The notes below the pieces were generated by a model. The model searched no databases, was not told where the DNA came from, and saw only the letters and a list, made by a program, of their open reading frames with translations. From NCBI GenBank assembly GCA_031378715.1, contig JANNEN010000183.1, forward strand, positions 1 through 60,418: a DNA stretch of 60,418 nt. Reading direction: 5' to 3'. Position numbers and translations under genes: made by a program. Positions 40,840 through 50,423 of the stretch are shown here, piece after piece. How positions within the stretch are numbered: position 1 is the stretch's first letter; each line of letters opens with the position of its first letter. Origin of the DNA: Emticicia sp. GTDB lineage: Bacteria > Bacteroidota > Bacteroidia > Cytophagales > Spirosomataceae.

Positions 40840-40906
40840 TTTTGCTAAAAAAAACTACTTTTGAGAAAATATTATTTTTAAGAACCATTTTTTAATCAAT
40901 TCAAAA

Positions 40907-41284
40907 ATGAAAAAAGTAACAGGTATTGGTGGAGTCTTTTTCAAATCGAAAGACCCAAAAAAAATGACAGAATGGTATGCCAAACATTTGGGCTTGGCCA
41001 CCAACCCCTACGGTGCAACTTTTGAGTGGTACGAAAATCCAGAAGCAAGCACAAAAGCAGAAACCCAATGGACACCCTTTGCCGAAACAAGCAACTATTT
41101 TGAGCCTTCGACCAAAGATTTTATGATAAATTACCGAGTCGAAAACTTGGAAGCACTCGTTGAAGAACTCAAAAAAGAAGGCGTTACGATTGTGGATACA
41201 ATAGAAACCTACGACTACGGCAAGTTTATTCATATTCTTGATGCCGAAGGAAATAAAATTGGGTAGTGGGAACCCAAAAATTGA
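40907..41284 (+). pseudogene. VOC/glyoxalase family gene with premature TAG (41264-41266)
   Basis: KVTGIGGVFF, MINYRVENL; C-terminus reads EGNKIG*WEPKN* versus family EGNKIELWEP. Confidence 0.7.
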
Positions 41285-41354
41285 TTTTTGGAGGTTGAAA
41301 TCGTGGGTAGTTTTCCGAATAAAAATCTTAGATTTGTGCCAAAAATATACCTCA

Positions 41355-42602
41355 ATGAATCAAAATATCGACAAACTTTATAAAATTGCCCAAAAATCAG
41401 AACGTTTTATAATCGGCTTAATGTCAGGAACTTCGATGGACGGACTTGATGTGGCTCTATGCCGATTTCGGGGAAGCGGCGGAGATACCGAAGTCAGCAT
41501 CGTCGCTTTTGAAACGGTTAGTTTTTCGGAGGAAATAAAAGATGAAATCCGAAAAGTATTTGCCAAATCGACGATTGATTTTCAGCATTTATGCCTACTA
41601 AATCCTTGGATTGGAAATCTGCACGGCGAAATCATTAACGATTGCTTGAAAAAATGGCAAATTTTTCCCGAAAGCGTTGATTTTATAGCGAGTCACGGCC
41701 AAACGGTTTTTCACGCTCCCAAAATCCTACACGGACTCGAAAAGTTTCCGAACGCAACTCTCCAAATCGGTGATGGCGACCACGTGGCTGTCCGAACGGG
41801 TATCATTACGCTCTCAGATTTTCGCCAAAAACATTGTGCCGCAGGCGGTGAGGGGGCTCCATTGGCCGTTTATGGTGATTACCTGATTTTCTCAAAACGA
41901 GATGAAAATCGAATTTTGCTTAATATGGGTGGCATAGCCAACTTTACTTATTTAGCAGGAAATCTTGATGCCAATGAAGTTTTTGCGACCGATACTGGAA
42001 CGGGAAATACCCTGATTGATGCGTATGTAAAAAAGCATTTTAATTTATCTTATGACGAAAACGCAAAAATTGCCAGCCGTGGAACCATAAGCCAAGCATT
42101 ACTCCAAGAGCTTAAAAGCAATGACTTCTTCGAAAAGCCTTTCCCAAAAACCACTGGGCCTGAATTATTTAATCTTGAATACCTAAAAACCGCACAAGAA
42201 AAAAGCCAAACCGTAACTCTTTCGAACGAAGATATTTTAGCAACATTATGCCGCTTTTCAGCCGAAACTATTGCCGAAGCAATTTTGCAGTTACCAATCG
42301 GGCGACATTCTGCTATCAACGGACACCCTTCCGCCACTCATTTATCAGTAAATGCCAATTCTGTACATATCTATTGTAGCGGTGGTGGCGTACATAATCC
42401 TTTGATTATGAGTAGTTTACGAGAGTTAATGCCAAGTTTTGATTTCAAACGAACCGATGATTTGGGCATTTCGGGCGATGCAAAAGAAGCGGTTTTATTC
42501 GCAACGCTCGCCAATGAAGCAATAGCGGGCGGCCGAACCGATTTTGGTTCACGCAAGGGCGTACCGAGTGTAAGTATGGGAAAAATTTCTTTTCCTGATT
42601 AA
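41355..42602 (+). CDS. anmK: Anhydro-N-acetylmuramic acid kinase
   Basis: GLMSGTSMDGLD, SHGQT, DFR..GGEGAPL, NMGGIAN, PKTTGPE, KEAVLFA; ATG at 41355. Confidence 0.93.
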   Translation: MNQNIDKLYKIAQKSERFIIGLMSGTSMDGLDVALCRFRGSGGDTEVSIVAFETVSFSEEIKDEIRKVFAKSTIDFQHLCLLNPWIGNLHGEIINDCLKKWQIFPESVDFIASHGQTVFHAPKILHGLEKFPNATLQIGDGDHVAVRTGIITLSDFRQKHCAAGGEGAPLAVYGDYLIFSKRDENRILLNMGGIANFTYLAGNLDANEVFATDTGTGNTLIDAYVKKHFNLSYDENAKIASRGTISQALLQELKSNDFFEKPFPKTTGPELFNLEYLKTAQEKSQTVTLSNEDILATLCRFSAETIAEAILQLPIGRHSAINGHPSATHLSVNANSVHIYCSGGGVHNPLIMSSLRELMPSFDFKRTDDLGISGDAKEAVLFATLANEAIAGGRTDFGSRKGVPSVSMGKISFPD

Positions 42603-42687
42603 ATTTCTTCAAATTTGCACAGGTTTTTAAGCGAAACGGCAGCCTATTTCGTTAATTTTAAAATAGTTCTGAGTAAACTTTATAACA

Positions 42688-44595
42688 ATGCTCCCAAAAA
42701 TTAAAATCAAAAGACACGCCATCTTTTTGAGTTTGCTGTGTCTTATTTCTCTTCAAAGTTTCTCTCAAATAGCCATTTCGCACCCAGTTGAGCGAATGAT
42801 TTTTCAGCGAAATAATGCCAATCAAGCTCCCATTAACATCGCTGGAACGTACTATTCGGCTATTGATAGAATCGATGCCCGAGTGGTGGCACAACAAGGC
42901 GGCACCACAACCGCATGGACAACGATTCAAACCAATCCAAGCAATGGTTATTTTTACGGCACGCTTACGGCTACGGGCGGCTGGTACAGTTTGGAGGTGC
43001 GGGCCTACAAAAACAATGTTTTGATTGACACAAAAACGCTCCAAAAAGTAGGTGTGGGCGAAGTTTTTGCTATTGCGGGGCAATCCAACGCCCAAGGCGG
43101 GGCGGGAGTAAGTACGCCCGCAACCGACGACCGAGTAAACTCCGTGAATTACAGTGATAATCTGACCAACTACAACCGTTTGCCCGTTGGGTTTTCTAAA
43201 ATGGTTGGTGATTCGGGTAAAATCGGCCCTTTTCACTACGTTCCGTGGGCTTGGGGAAAAGTCGGTGATTTATTGGCAAATAGGTTAGGTGTTCCGATAC
43301 TTTTTTATGGAGCAGCCCACGGCGGCACTTCGAGCGAAAACTGGGGTAGGTCGGCACAGGGTTTGCCATACAACGGAGAAAGCTGGAAACGCCAAGATTT
43401 GGGTGCCCCGTATCGTGCCTTAGAAAATAGCGTGGCGTACTACGGAAGTCTAACGGGCTTGCGTGGCGTACTCTGGCACCAAGGCGAAAGTGACCCAAAT
43501 ACTTTTTTCTTACCGTATTATGATAATATCAAACACGTAATCAATAAGACCCGTGAAAATGCCGAACATAGTACGCTGGCATGGGTCGTGGCGAGGGTCT
43601 CAAGAAATCCTGATACGCACGAAGGTCCGATAATTGGACAAAATACCTTAATTTCAGGTTTTAATAATGACCCAAATTATCCCGCAGTTCCGAATGTTTT
43701 TGCTGGACCAAATACCGATAATATTTACGGTGGAGATAAACGCACCGACGGTATTCACTTCGATACTTACGCAGGACAAATTGACTTTGCCAATGCTTGG
43801 GACGCAAGCCTCAATACTACTTTTTTTACAAATTCAACACCGATGCTGGCTTCGCCACTATTAGCCGTGACACTTACCTGCAATGCAACCAACCTTTCGG
43901 CACCGATTTCCTTAAATGTGGCTTCGGGTTATAGTAAATACGCTTGGTCGAATCGACAAAATACAGTGCCTGAGTCGGTCGGGTTCAGTTATAGTGGTTG
44001 TTGTCAATACAGCAATATTCCCGCCGTGGGCTACGAAAACCTTAATTGGCGAACCTTAGATAGCGTTGCCACGGTTAATATTTCATCGGCAAGAGTAGCT
44101 GCGAATGTGCGAAAAGTATCAAAAAAAACACTTTTTAGCCCCATTATTGACTTGGCGAGTTTTGCATTACCCACAAATGCTACTTTCACAACATCAGCAA
44201 CCCAAGTAAGACCCAACGAAAATCTGACACTAACGGGTGCTAACTGCAACGGAAGCTATGTTTGGTCAACGGGGGCTGAGGTTAGTCCGCTTTCTTTTGT
44301 TCCTGCTTCAACGGCGTCGTATTCCGTTCGGTGCAAAACCATTTATTGCCTTAGTCCTGTTTCTTCGCCGCAGTCGGTTCTTGTTTCTTCTTGCTTTCCA
44401 AATGGCTTATCTTTGAATGGTTCGGTGGGTGTGGCAGAGTCGGCTTATGCAAGCAAGCAGTCGATACAGAGTATTCAGAAAATACAACTAAGCGGCAAAA
44501 TTGACTATAATGCTAAAAACAAAATAGAGCTTTTACCAGGTTTTGAAGCGAAATCGGGGGCTGTTTTCAAGGCAATTATTCAGGATTGTAATTAA
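42688..44595 (+). CDS. Secreted sialate O-acetylesterase-like (SGNH/DUF303) protein with C-terminal 3-coathanger-type domain
   Basis: AGQSNA, WHQGESD, DGIHF; C-terminal IELLPGFEAKSGAVFKA. Confidence 0.8.
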   Translation: MLPKIKIKRHAIFLSLLCLISLQSFSQIAISHPVERMIFQRNNANQAPINIAGTYYSAIDRIDARVVAQQGGTTTAWTTIQTNPSNGYFYGTLTATGGWYSLEVRAYKNNVLIDTKTLQKVGVGEVFAIAGQSNAQGGAGVSTPATDDRVNSVNYSDNLTNYNRLPVGFSKMVGDSGKIGPFHYVPWAWGKVGDLLANRLGVPILFYGAAHGGTSSENWGRSAQGLPYNGESWKRQDLGAPYRALENSVAYYGSLTGLRGVLWHQGESDPNTFFLPYYDNIKHVINKTRENAEHSTLAWVVARVSRNPDTHEGPIIGQNTLISGFNNDPNYPAVPNVFAGPNTDNIYGGDKRTDGIHFDTYAGQIDFANAWDASLNTTFFTNSTPMLASPLLAVTLTCNATNLSAPISLNVASGYSKYAWSNRQNTVPESVGFSYSGCCQYSNIPAVGYENLNWRTLDSVATVNISSARVAANVRKVSKKTLFSPIIDLASFALPTNATFTTSATQVRPNENLTLTGANCNGSYVWSTGAEVSPLSFVPASTASYSVRCKTIYCLSPVSSPQSVLVSSCFPNGLSLNGSVGVAESAYASKQSIQSIQKIQLSGKIDYNAKNKIELLPGFEAKSGAVFKAIIQDCN

Positions 44596-44600
44596 GCCAC

Positions 44601-44631
44601 AAAAAAAGCCGAGGCAAAACCTCGGCTTTTT
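44601..44631. terminator. Bidirectional terminator
   Basis: AAAAAGCCGAGG-caaaa-CCTCGGCTTTTT between convergent genes. Confidence 0.85.
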
Positions 44632-44652
44632 ATTACTACACTTACCTAAACC

Positions 44653-45138
44653 CTAAAACTCCATAGGAACGGCAACACTCGTCGTATCCCAGGAAATGGT
44701 TAAAGTCTTGTCGTCGGTAGTGATGGTAAGTTTCTCTACCACGTCTTTTAATGCTTTTACAGGAATAGTTACTTCGGCAACATTCTTGTCCTTGATTTTA
44801 TCGTATCCGTAAGTTCCCCACTGCTTCAATTCGCTATTCAAAATGATTGTCCATTCTTTTTCTCCTAATTTCGAGAAAAGTGAATATGTGCCTGCTTTCA
44901 CTGCTTTTCCACCGAATTTTCCGTCTTTCTTGAATGTGATTTCGGTAGCTCCGTTGGCACCTGTACGCCAGATACTGCCAAATTTTTCTAATCCGCCAAA
45001 AATCACCCGACCTTTTTTAGATGGTTGTCCGTAAGTTACTTTTACGTTGGCACTCTCGGCCGAAACGGCTGGACTTTGTGCAAATGTCAATGTGCTGATA
45101 ACCAGCAATAATGATAAAATTGATACTACTTTTTTCAT
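44653..45138 (-). CDS. DUF2911 domain secreted protein
   Basis: VTYGQPSKKGR.IFG, WRTGAN.AT, GTYSLF. Confidence 0.85.
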   Translation of the reverse strand: MKKVVSILSLLLVISTLTFAQSPAVSAESANVKVTYGQPSKKGRVIFGGLEKFGSIWRTGANGATEITFKKDGKFGGKAVKAGTYSLFSKLGEKEWTIILNSELKQWGTYGYDKIKDKNVAEVTIPVKALKDVVEKLTITTDDKTLTISWDTTSVAVPMEF

Positions 45139-45243
45139 GTTAAGAGTCAGATTTTTGATGTAAATATTAAACGTTGAAGATTCTATTTTAGTTTATGGGG
45201 CAATAGTTTTTTTGTAAATAGAAAGAAAAAAGCCATTTTTAGC

Positions 45244-45981
45244 TCATTCTTTTACTTTTTCGGCAAAAATCTTGGCCATTTCTCTTGGGTTGGTTGGCAA
45301 GGCGTTTACCTTGTCCGATTCTAACGAGCCATCACGCAAGCGAATGATTCGGTGGGAATATTTGGCAATGTCTTCTTCGTGTGTAACCATCACTATAGTA
45401 TTTCCCTTGGAATAAAGTTGGTCGAACAACTCCATGATTTCGTAGGACGTGCGGGTATCCAAGTTTCCCGTTGGCTCATCGGCAAGCAAAATACTGGGGT
45501 CATTGACCAAAGCACGGGCAATAGCTACCCGTTGGCGTTGCCCGCCCGAAAGTTCATTGGGCTTGTGGTGAGCCCGATTATCAAGCCCAACGTTTTTGAG
45601 CGTCAGCATGGCTTTTTCAGTGCGTTGCGATTTTGTATATCCCGCATAAATCAGCGGCAAAGCCACATTTTCGAGAGCCGATTGACGTGGAAGCAAGTTA
45701 AAAGTCTGAAAAACAAACCCAATTTCTTTGTTTCGGATTTCGGCCAGTTCATTATCAGTCATGCTGCTTACGTCGTGGTTGTTCAACACGTAGCGTCCCT
45801 TTGAAGGCGAATCCAAACACCCGATGATATTCATTAATGTGGATTTTCCCGACCCCGACGGTCCCATAAATGCCACATACTCTCCTTTATTGACTGAAAT
45901 CGTGACCGATTTTAAGGCATCAATGATTTCGCTACCCATAATGTAGCGTTTTGAAATATTGCTTGTTTCGATGATTTTCAT
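45244..45981 (-). CDS. ABC transporter ATP-binding protein (LolD/MacB type)
   Basis: [37 protein letters not shown]; ATG at 45981. Confidence 0.93.
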   Translation of the reverse strand: MKIIETSNISKRYIMGSEIIDALKSVTISVNKGEYVAFMGPSGSGKSTLMNIIGCLDSPSKGRYVLNNHDVSSMTDNELAEIRNKEIGFVFQTFNLLPRQSALENVALPLIYAGYTKSQRTEKAMLTLKNVGLDNRAHHKPNELSGGQRQRVAIARALVNDPSILLADEPTGNLDTRTSYEIMELFDQLYSKGNTIVMVTHEEDIAKYSHRIIRLRDGSLESDKVNALPTNPREMAKIFAEKVKE

Positions 45982-45994
45982 GAAAAGAAATGTT

Positions 45995-46045
45995 GAATGA
46001 GCGAATGAGTAAATGAGCGAATATCTTTCACTCATTTTACTATTC
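45995..46045. repeat. Octamer tandem repeat with inverted partner
   Basis: GAATGAGC GAATGAGT AAATGAGC ... ACTCATTT. Confidence 0.65.
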
Positions 46046-46064
46046 AATATCCAAAGATATTATT

Positions 46065-48647
46065 CTATTCAAAACCGTCCTTGTTTTTTTCCATCAATGC
46101 TTTTTGGGCTTGATAAATGGAAAGAAACGCTTGATAGTCGGCGGGCGTGCTTAGTTGTTGTAGTTTCAATAAACCATCTTGGGCGTATTCGGACATACCG
46201 ATTTTGAGCGATTGGAGCGTATAAAGTTTCCAGAGTTCGGTTGAAGTATCGTTCAGTTCGACTGCTTTGAAAATGAAACTATAAGCATCATTCGGTTTTT
46301 TCAAAGTATTGTTATAAAAAGTCAATGCTTTGCTCAAAACAATCGGATTTAGGGGATTTTCACCCAAAACGTTATCAAAATCAACTTTTCTTGTCAAATT
46401 TGTTTTAAATATTTCCTCAACTCGTGCTTGTTGAAACTCAGTAATCGTTTTTTGATAATCTTGTTTTTGTAAGATTTCAACCGACGACACATCGCCCGCT
46501 TTGGTCAGATAATTTATTGCTTTATCATAAACGCCTTGCTGCAAAAACCACATTCCCGTTACTTGATTATAAAGTGCTTGGTGTTTGGTTGAATCATTTG
46601 CCAGAACCGAAAGTTGTTTCAAACCTTCCAATTTATTTTCGGTAAAATAATTTCGGCAAGCAATCGCAAAGGTCAAATCTTCAAAGAAATCATTATTGGC
46701 TTCTTTTCGCTGGATATTTTGCAAATCGGTACTTTTATACGGAAAAAATGTATTTTTAAACGAAGCCAAATTATAAATTAAAGCAAACTGACTCACATTC
46801 AGAGCCGAATCCTGCGTTAGTTCGAGATTTGTTGATGCTCCCAACTGTAAAACCCTATCAGCCGCCGCTCGGTTTGCTCGCAGACTCAACCTTTTATCCG
46901 CTCGATTATCACCGCCTAATTTCGGATTTGAGGCCTTTAGTGTGCTTCGCAAAGAATCCTTTACGCCATACTTTAGCTCATAAGCTAAAAGGTTAGATTC
47001 CGCCAAATCGCAGTTGGTGCAGTTGATTTTTGCCAATTTTAAGTAATGAGCGGTTGAATCAGTAACTTTTGCTTTTTCGTAGAGATACGCAAGATTTGTG
47101 AGTAATGCTTGATTTTCAGGAAATTTTTCCAAACCAGCTCGTATCGTAAACAAAGCATCAAAAAACATATCTTTTTCCTGCAAAACCCTGCTCAAACCCG
47201 AATAGGCAAACGGACTGGGGTTTTTCTCCAAGGCATTTTTGAGAAATAATCCCGTGTTTTCTTTGTCATTATTATTCATGGCTAATGATGCCAGTGCGTA
47301 ATTTGATTTGTGGTTTCTGATGTCGAAATGTAGGGCTTCTTTATAAAATGTTTCGGCGGCCGCAAAATCTTGGGCTGCGGTATAATAATCGGCCACGGCA
47401 TTATAATATCCCGCCTTGGTTTGGAAGTAATTATTATAATTTTTGAACGAGATAAGCACAAAAACCAAAACAGCGGCCGCTAATCTGAAAAGCAGCAATT
47501 CATAAAACTTTGGCTTGTAGATAACCTTGTGTATTTCAAAACCCTTTTGGAGTGGTTGCGTGAAATTGATGATAATGTAGGCAAAAAAGCAAACACCCAT
47601 CGCCAAATGGCAATAAGAAATATAATCTTCGAAGGCCTCAATGAGCGGGTCGTTGGCGGTGGCATACGCAAGAGCGATAGTTGCCGTGGTGATGATAGCC
47701 AAACCCAAATAAAGCCACGAGCCAGTGCGGCGATAATCAAAGAAATTTGCTTGTTCGGAATAGTTTCGGAATCCCCAAAGACCTAAAACTATCGAAATAC
47801 CAAGCAGCACTACGGGGTTGATAGAAATAATATTCCAGTCGATGTACTGCGATTTTTCGAGATAAATAAGCAGGATATTGAGCAGATAAATACCCGAAAT
47901 CATCAAAAATGAAGGAATATGGTTGCGGTTTTTTACGCCCGAATTTGAAATAATCCAAACCAAACCCGCCGAGATTTCGTGCGAAACAAACAAAATAAAT
48001 ACAGCCGAAATAATAATTGCCGAAAGTAAACCATACGAAGCAATAGCTATCGCAGGATTAGGCGTTTTGGATTGCGATAAAACAAATATGCTTGCAACGA
48101 TTATCAGAGCTACAAAAGCCAAGAATTTTCTCAGAAAACTTACTTGCATTGCAAACGTATTGAAGTAAAAAGCCAGCCCCGCCAATGCTCCGAAAGTCAC
48201 CAAAAAGGGCAACTGATTGGTTGTATTAAAAATAATTTCGAGATGAAACGTAATGATAACTCCTGCAAGTAAAACCATTCCACCTAAAAACCAATAGCGG
48301 CTCATGCCCGAAAAAGCACTCAGCAGCAAGCAAAGACCCAGACCAAGCAAAGCCACGAAGATATTGTTTGCCCAAAGGTTGATATTCATCGCCGAAGCCA
48401 GAAAACGTTCTTTTACAATGTAAGCATTTCCGTTGATGGTAAATTTCAGTGTGCCGTCCGAAAAAGTTTCCGTGGTTGCAGGAATCTCATCGAGTTCGCT
48501 CAAAATATCCCAACGAACAACATTTTCTAAGCCATTGAACCAATAAAACGACAGCGTTGAAATAGAAATAAAAAAAACAATCAGCACAAAAACGAAGCTA
48601 AATCGTTCATTTTTAGGCCAATTTTGCCAAAAAAACAAGTTTTTCAT
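46065..48647 (-). CDS. Polytopic membrane protein with C-terminal TPR repeats
   Basis: More than 10 hydrophobic segments followed by TPR-like helices. Confidence 0.75.
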   Translation of the reverse strand: MKNLFFWQNWPKNERFSFVFVLIVFFISISTLSFYWFNGLENVVRWDILSELDEIPATTETFSDGTLKFTINGNAYIVKERFLASAMNINLWANNIFVALLGLGLCLLLSAFSGMSRYWFLGGMVLLAGVIITFHLEIIFNTTNQLPFLVTFGALAGLAFYFNTFAMQVSFLRKFLAFVALIIVASIFVLSQSKTPNPAIAIASYGLLSAIIISAVFILFVSHEISAGLVWIISNSGVKNRNHIPSFLMISGIYLLNILLIYLEKSQYIDWNIISINPVVLLGISIVLGLWGFRNYSEQANFFDYRRTGSWLYLGLAIITTATIALAYATANDPLIEAFEDYISYCHLAMGVCFFAYIIINFTQPLQKGFEIHKVIYKPKFYELLLFRLAAAVLVFVLISFKNYNNYFQTKAGYYNAVADYYTAAQDFAAAETFYKEALHFDIRNHKSNYALASLAMNNNDKENTGLFLKNALEKNPSPFAYSGLSRVLQEKDMFFDALFTIRAGLEKFPENQALLTNLAYLYEKAKVTDSTAHYLKLAKINCTNCDLAESNLLAYELKYGVKDSLRSTLKASNPKLGGDNRADKRLSLRANRAAADRVLQLGASTNLELTQDSALNVSQFALIYNLASFKNTFFPYKSTDLQNIQRKEANNDFFEDLTFAIACRNYFTENKLEGLKQLSVLANDSTKHQALYNQVTGMWFLQQGVYDKAINYLTKAGDVSSVEILQKQDYQKTITEFQQARVEEIFKTNLTRKVDFDNVLGENPLNPIVLSKALTFYNNTLKKPNDAYSFIFKAVELNDTSTELWKLYTLQSLKIGMSEYAQDGLLKLQQLSTPADYQAFLSIYQAQKALMEKNKDGFE

Positions 48648-48660
48648 AAAATATCAAGAG

Positions 48661-48691
48661 TTTTTCCACGTGAAACACTAACTTATCCACA
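48661..48691. promoter_or_regulatory. Variant parS site next to a perfect DnaA box
   Basis: TTTTCCACGTGAAACA (48662-48677) and TTATCCACA (48683-48691). Confidence 0.65.
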
Positions 48692-48790
48692 GCTTTTACA
48701 CACGGTTAATAAATATATTGAGCCGTGAAGATAACGCAAAAACATTGTTTGATTATATTTGCAGTTCTAAAAAACTAAACAGCACCCAAA

Positions 48791-49450
48791 ATGACACTTC
48801 ATAAAGAAGGCACAGGAACGATTTCTTTGACAATCATCGGACTATTGATAATCAATGTTACGCTCAGATATTTTTTGCCCGAACAAGCAATTTTGCATAC
48901 ACTACTGCTCATCGTGAGTTTATTTTTGTTTGTAATCGTGGTGCAGTTTTTCAGAAAACCCACCCGAACGACGCCCGTAAATCCAAAGCACATCATCGCT
49001 CCTGCCGACGGAAAAGTGGTCGTGATTGAAGAGGTAGTCGAAACAGAATACTTTAAAGGTCCACGCCGTCAGGTTTCTATTTTTATGTCGCCACTCAATG
49101 TACACATAAGTTTTAATCCGATTGCGGGCATCGTAACTTATGCCAAATACCATGCGGGCAAATATTTGGTGGCTTGGCACCCAAAGTCAAGCACCGAAAA
49201 CGAACGCACGACAATCGTCGTGAAACACCACAACGGCACGGAGGTTTTGTTTCGCCAGATTGCGGGGGCTTTGGCTCGCCGAATTTGCTGGTACGTCAAG
49301 GAAGGGCAAGCTGTTGAGCAAGGTTCGGAGTTTGGTTTCATTAAGTTTGGCTCACGAATTGATATTTTCTTGCCCTTAAATGCCAAGATTTTGGTCAATC
49401 TTGATGATAAACCCGTGGGTGGTGAAACCGTCATTGCGGAATTAATGTAG
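48791..49450 (+). CDS. psd: Phosphatidylserine decarboxylase proenzyme
   Basis: FFRKP, APADGKV, SIFMSPLNVH, ENER, KFGSR self-cleavage site; -7 element TATATTTG at 48754-48761. Confidence 0.92.
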   Translation: MTLHKEGTGTISLTIIGLLIINVTLRYFLPEQAILHTLLLIVSLFLFVIVVQFFRKPTRTTPVNPKHIIAPADGKVVVIEEVVETEYFKGPRRQVSIFMSPLNVHISFNPIAGIVTYAKYHAGKYLVAWHPKSSTENERTTIVVKHHNGTEVLFRQIAGALARRICWYVKEGQAVEQGSEFGFIKFGSRIDIFLPLNAKILVNLDDKPVGGETVIAELM

Positions 49451-49510
49451 GACAAGTTTATAACTTGTCAAAGCATAATATATAAAAGCAAGTTGGAAAC
49501 TCGCTCTACA
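49446..49510. repeat. Inverted GTAG-type REP doublet, family B, diverged
   Basis: GTAG-GACAAGTT-tat-AACTTGTC and, on the minus strand, GTAG-AGCGAGTT-tcc-AACTTGCT. Confidence 0.7.
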
Positions 49511-49513
49511 ATC

Positions 49514-49864
49514 ATGGCCGAACACAACGACACGGGCAACAAAGCCGAGGCAATGGCAGCAAAGTTTTTGCAAAAGAAAGGCTACGAAATTCTTGACCAA
49601 AATTATACCCACGGCAAAGGCGAAATCGACATAGTGGCTCTGCAAACCGACTGGCTCGTGTTTGTGGAAGTGCGGGCAAGGTCGGAAGTAGATCACGGAT
49701 TCCCTGAGCAAACGATTTCAAAAAATAAAGCTCGGCTTATCATCAAAACTGCCGAAAACTACATTTATCAGCACGATTGGCACGGAAAAGTGCGTTTTGA
49801 TATTATTGCTATAACGGTCGGTGAAAAATTTGAAATCATGCAGTTTGAAGATGCTTTTTTTTGA
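49514..49864 (+). CDS. YraN family protein
   Basis: GNKAE, GEIDIVA, LVFVEVRAR, VRFDII. Confidence 0.9.
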   Translation: MAEHNDTGNKAEAMAAKFLQKKGYEILDQNYTHGKGEIDIVALQTDWLVFVEVRARSEVDHGFPEQTISKNKARLIIKTAENYIYQHDWHGKVRFDIIAITVGEKFEIMQFEDAFF

Positions 49865-49984
49865 ATCTTGATTTGTTCACTCCGTTATCCTCTAAGTTTA
49901 TTCTTCAAAATCAGGCGTTTGTCTGAAAAAACGTCTGTAAAATACTTTTCTAAAATAAATTTGCGATATCAATGTCATAAATTC

Positions 49985-50137
49985 ATGAGAAAGCTACTAC
50001 CTGTTTTTTTGTTATTTCTTCAATTCCAGCTCTGGGGGCAAAGCGGCTACACCATCAAGGGAAAAATAACCGACCGCAAAGGCGAAGCCCTGCCGAGTGC
50101 CAATATTTTTGTCAAAGGTAGCTATGATGGAATTTCG
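49985..50137 (+). pseudogene. 5' fragment of a TonB-dependent receptor
   Basis: Signal peptide plus IKGKITDRKGEALPSANIFVKGSYDG, then broken. Confidence 0.75.
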
Positions 50138-50138
50138 A

Positions 50139-50390
50139 AAGTATGTTTTCTTGAATACAACTGATGGAAAACAGTTTTTGACAAATTATACGATTGCATC
50201 GCTCGAAGAAAAACTCCCCGAAAGTTTCGTGCGAGTTAGTCGCTCGTCAATCGTTAATTCGTTGCTAATCAAGGAGTTACAAAAGTATTTTTCTGGAAAG
50301 TATTTAATAATCATGCGAGATGCCAAAGCCTCTAAAATAGAAACAGGGTCGGCTTATGGTGATAATTTGAAGCGATTAATGGAGATATAA
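50139..50390 (+). pseudogene. 3' fragment of a LytTR response regulator
   Basis: KYVFL..TIASLEEKLP..FVRVSRSSIVN; no receiver domain. Confidence 0.78.
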
Positions 50391-50423
50391 AACTCGAGAA
50401 AAAGTAATTTTATTGCTGGTTTT

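Noticed and set aside
41238-41354. VOC-AnmK fusion by frameshift
   Set aside because: AnmK has its own ATG at 41355, and the VOC frame has its natural stop at 41284.
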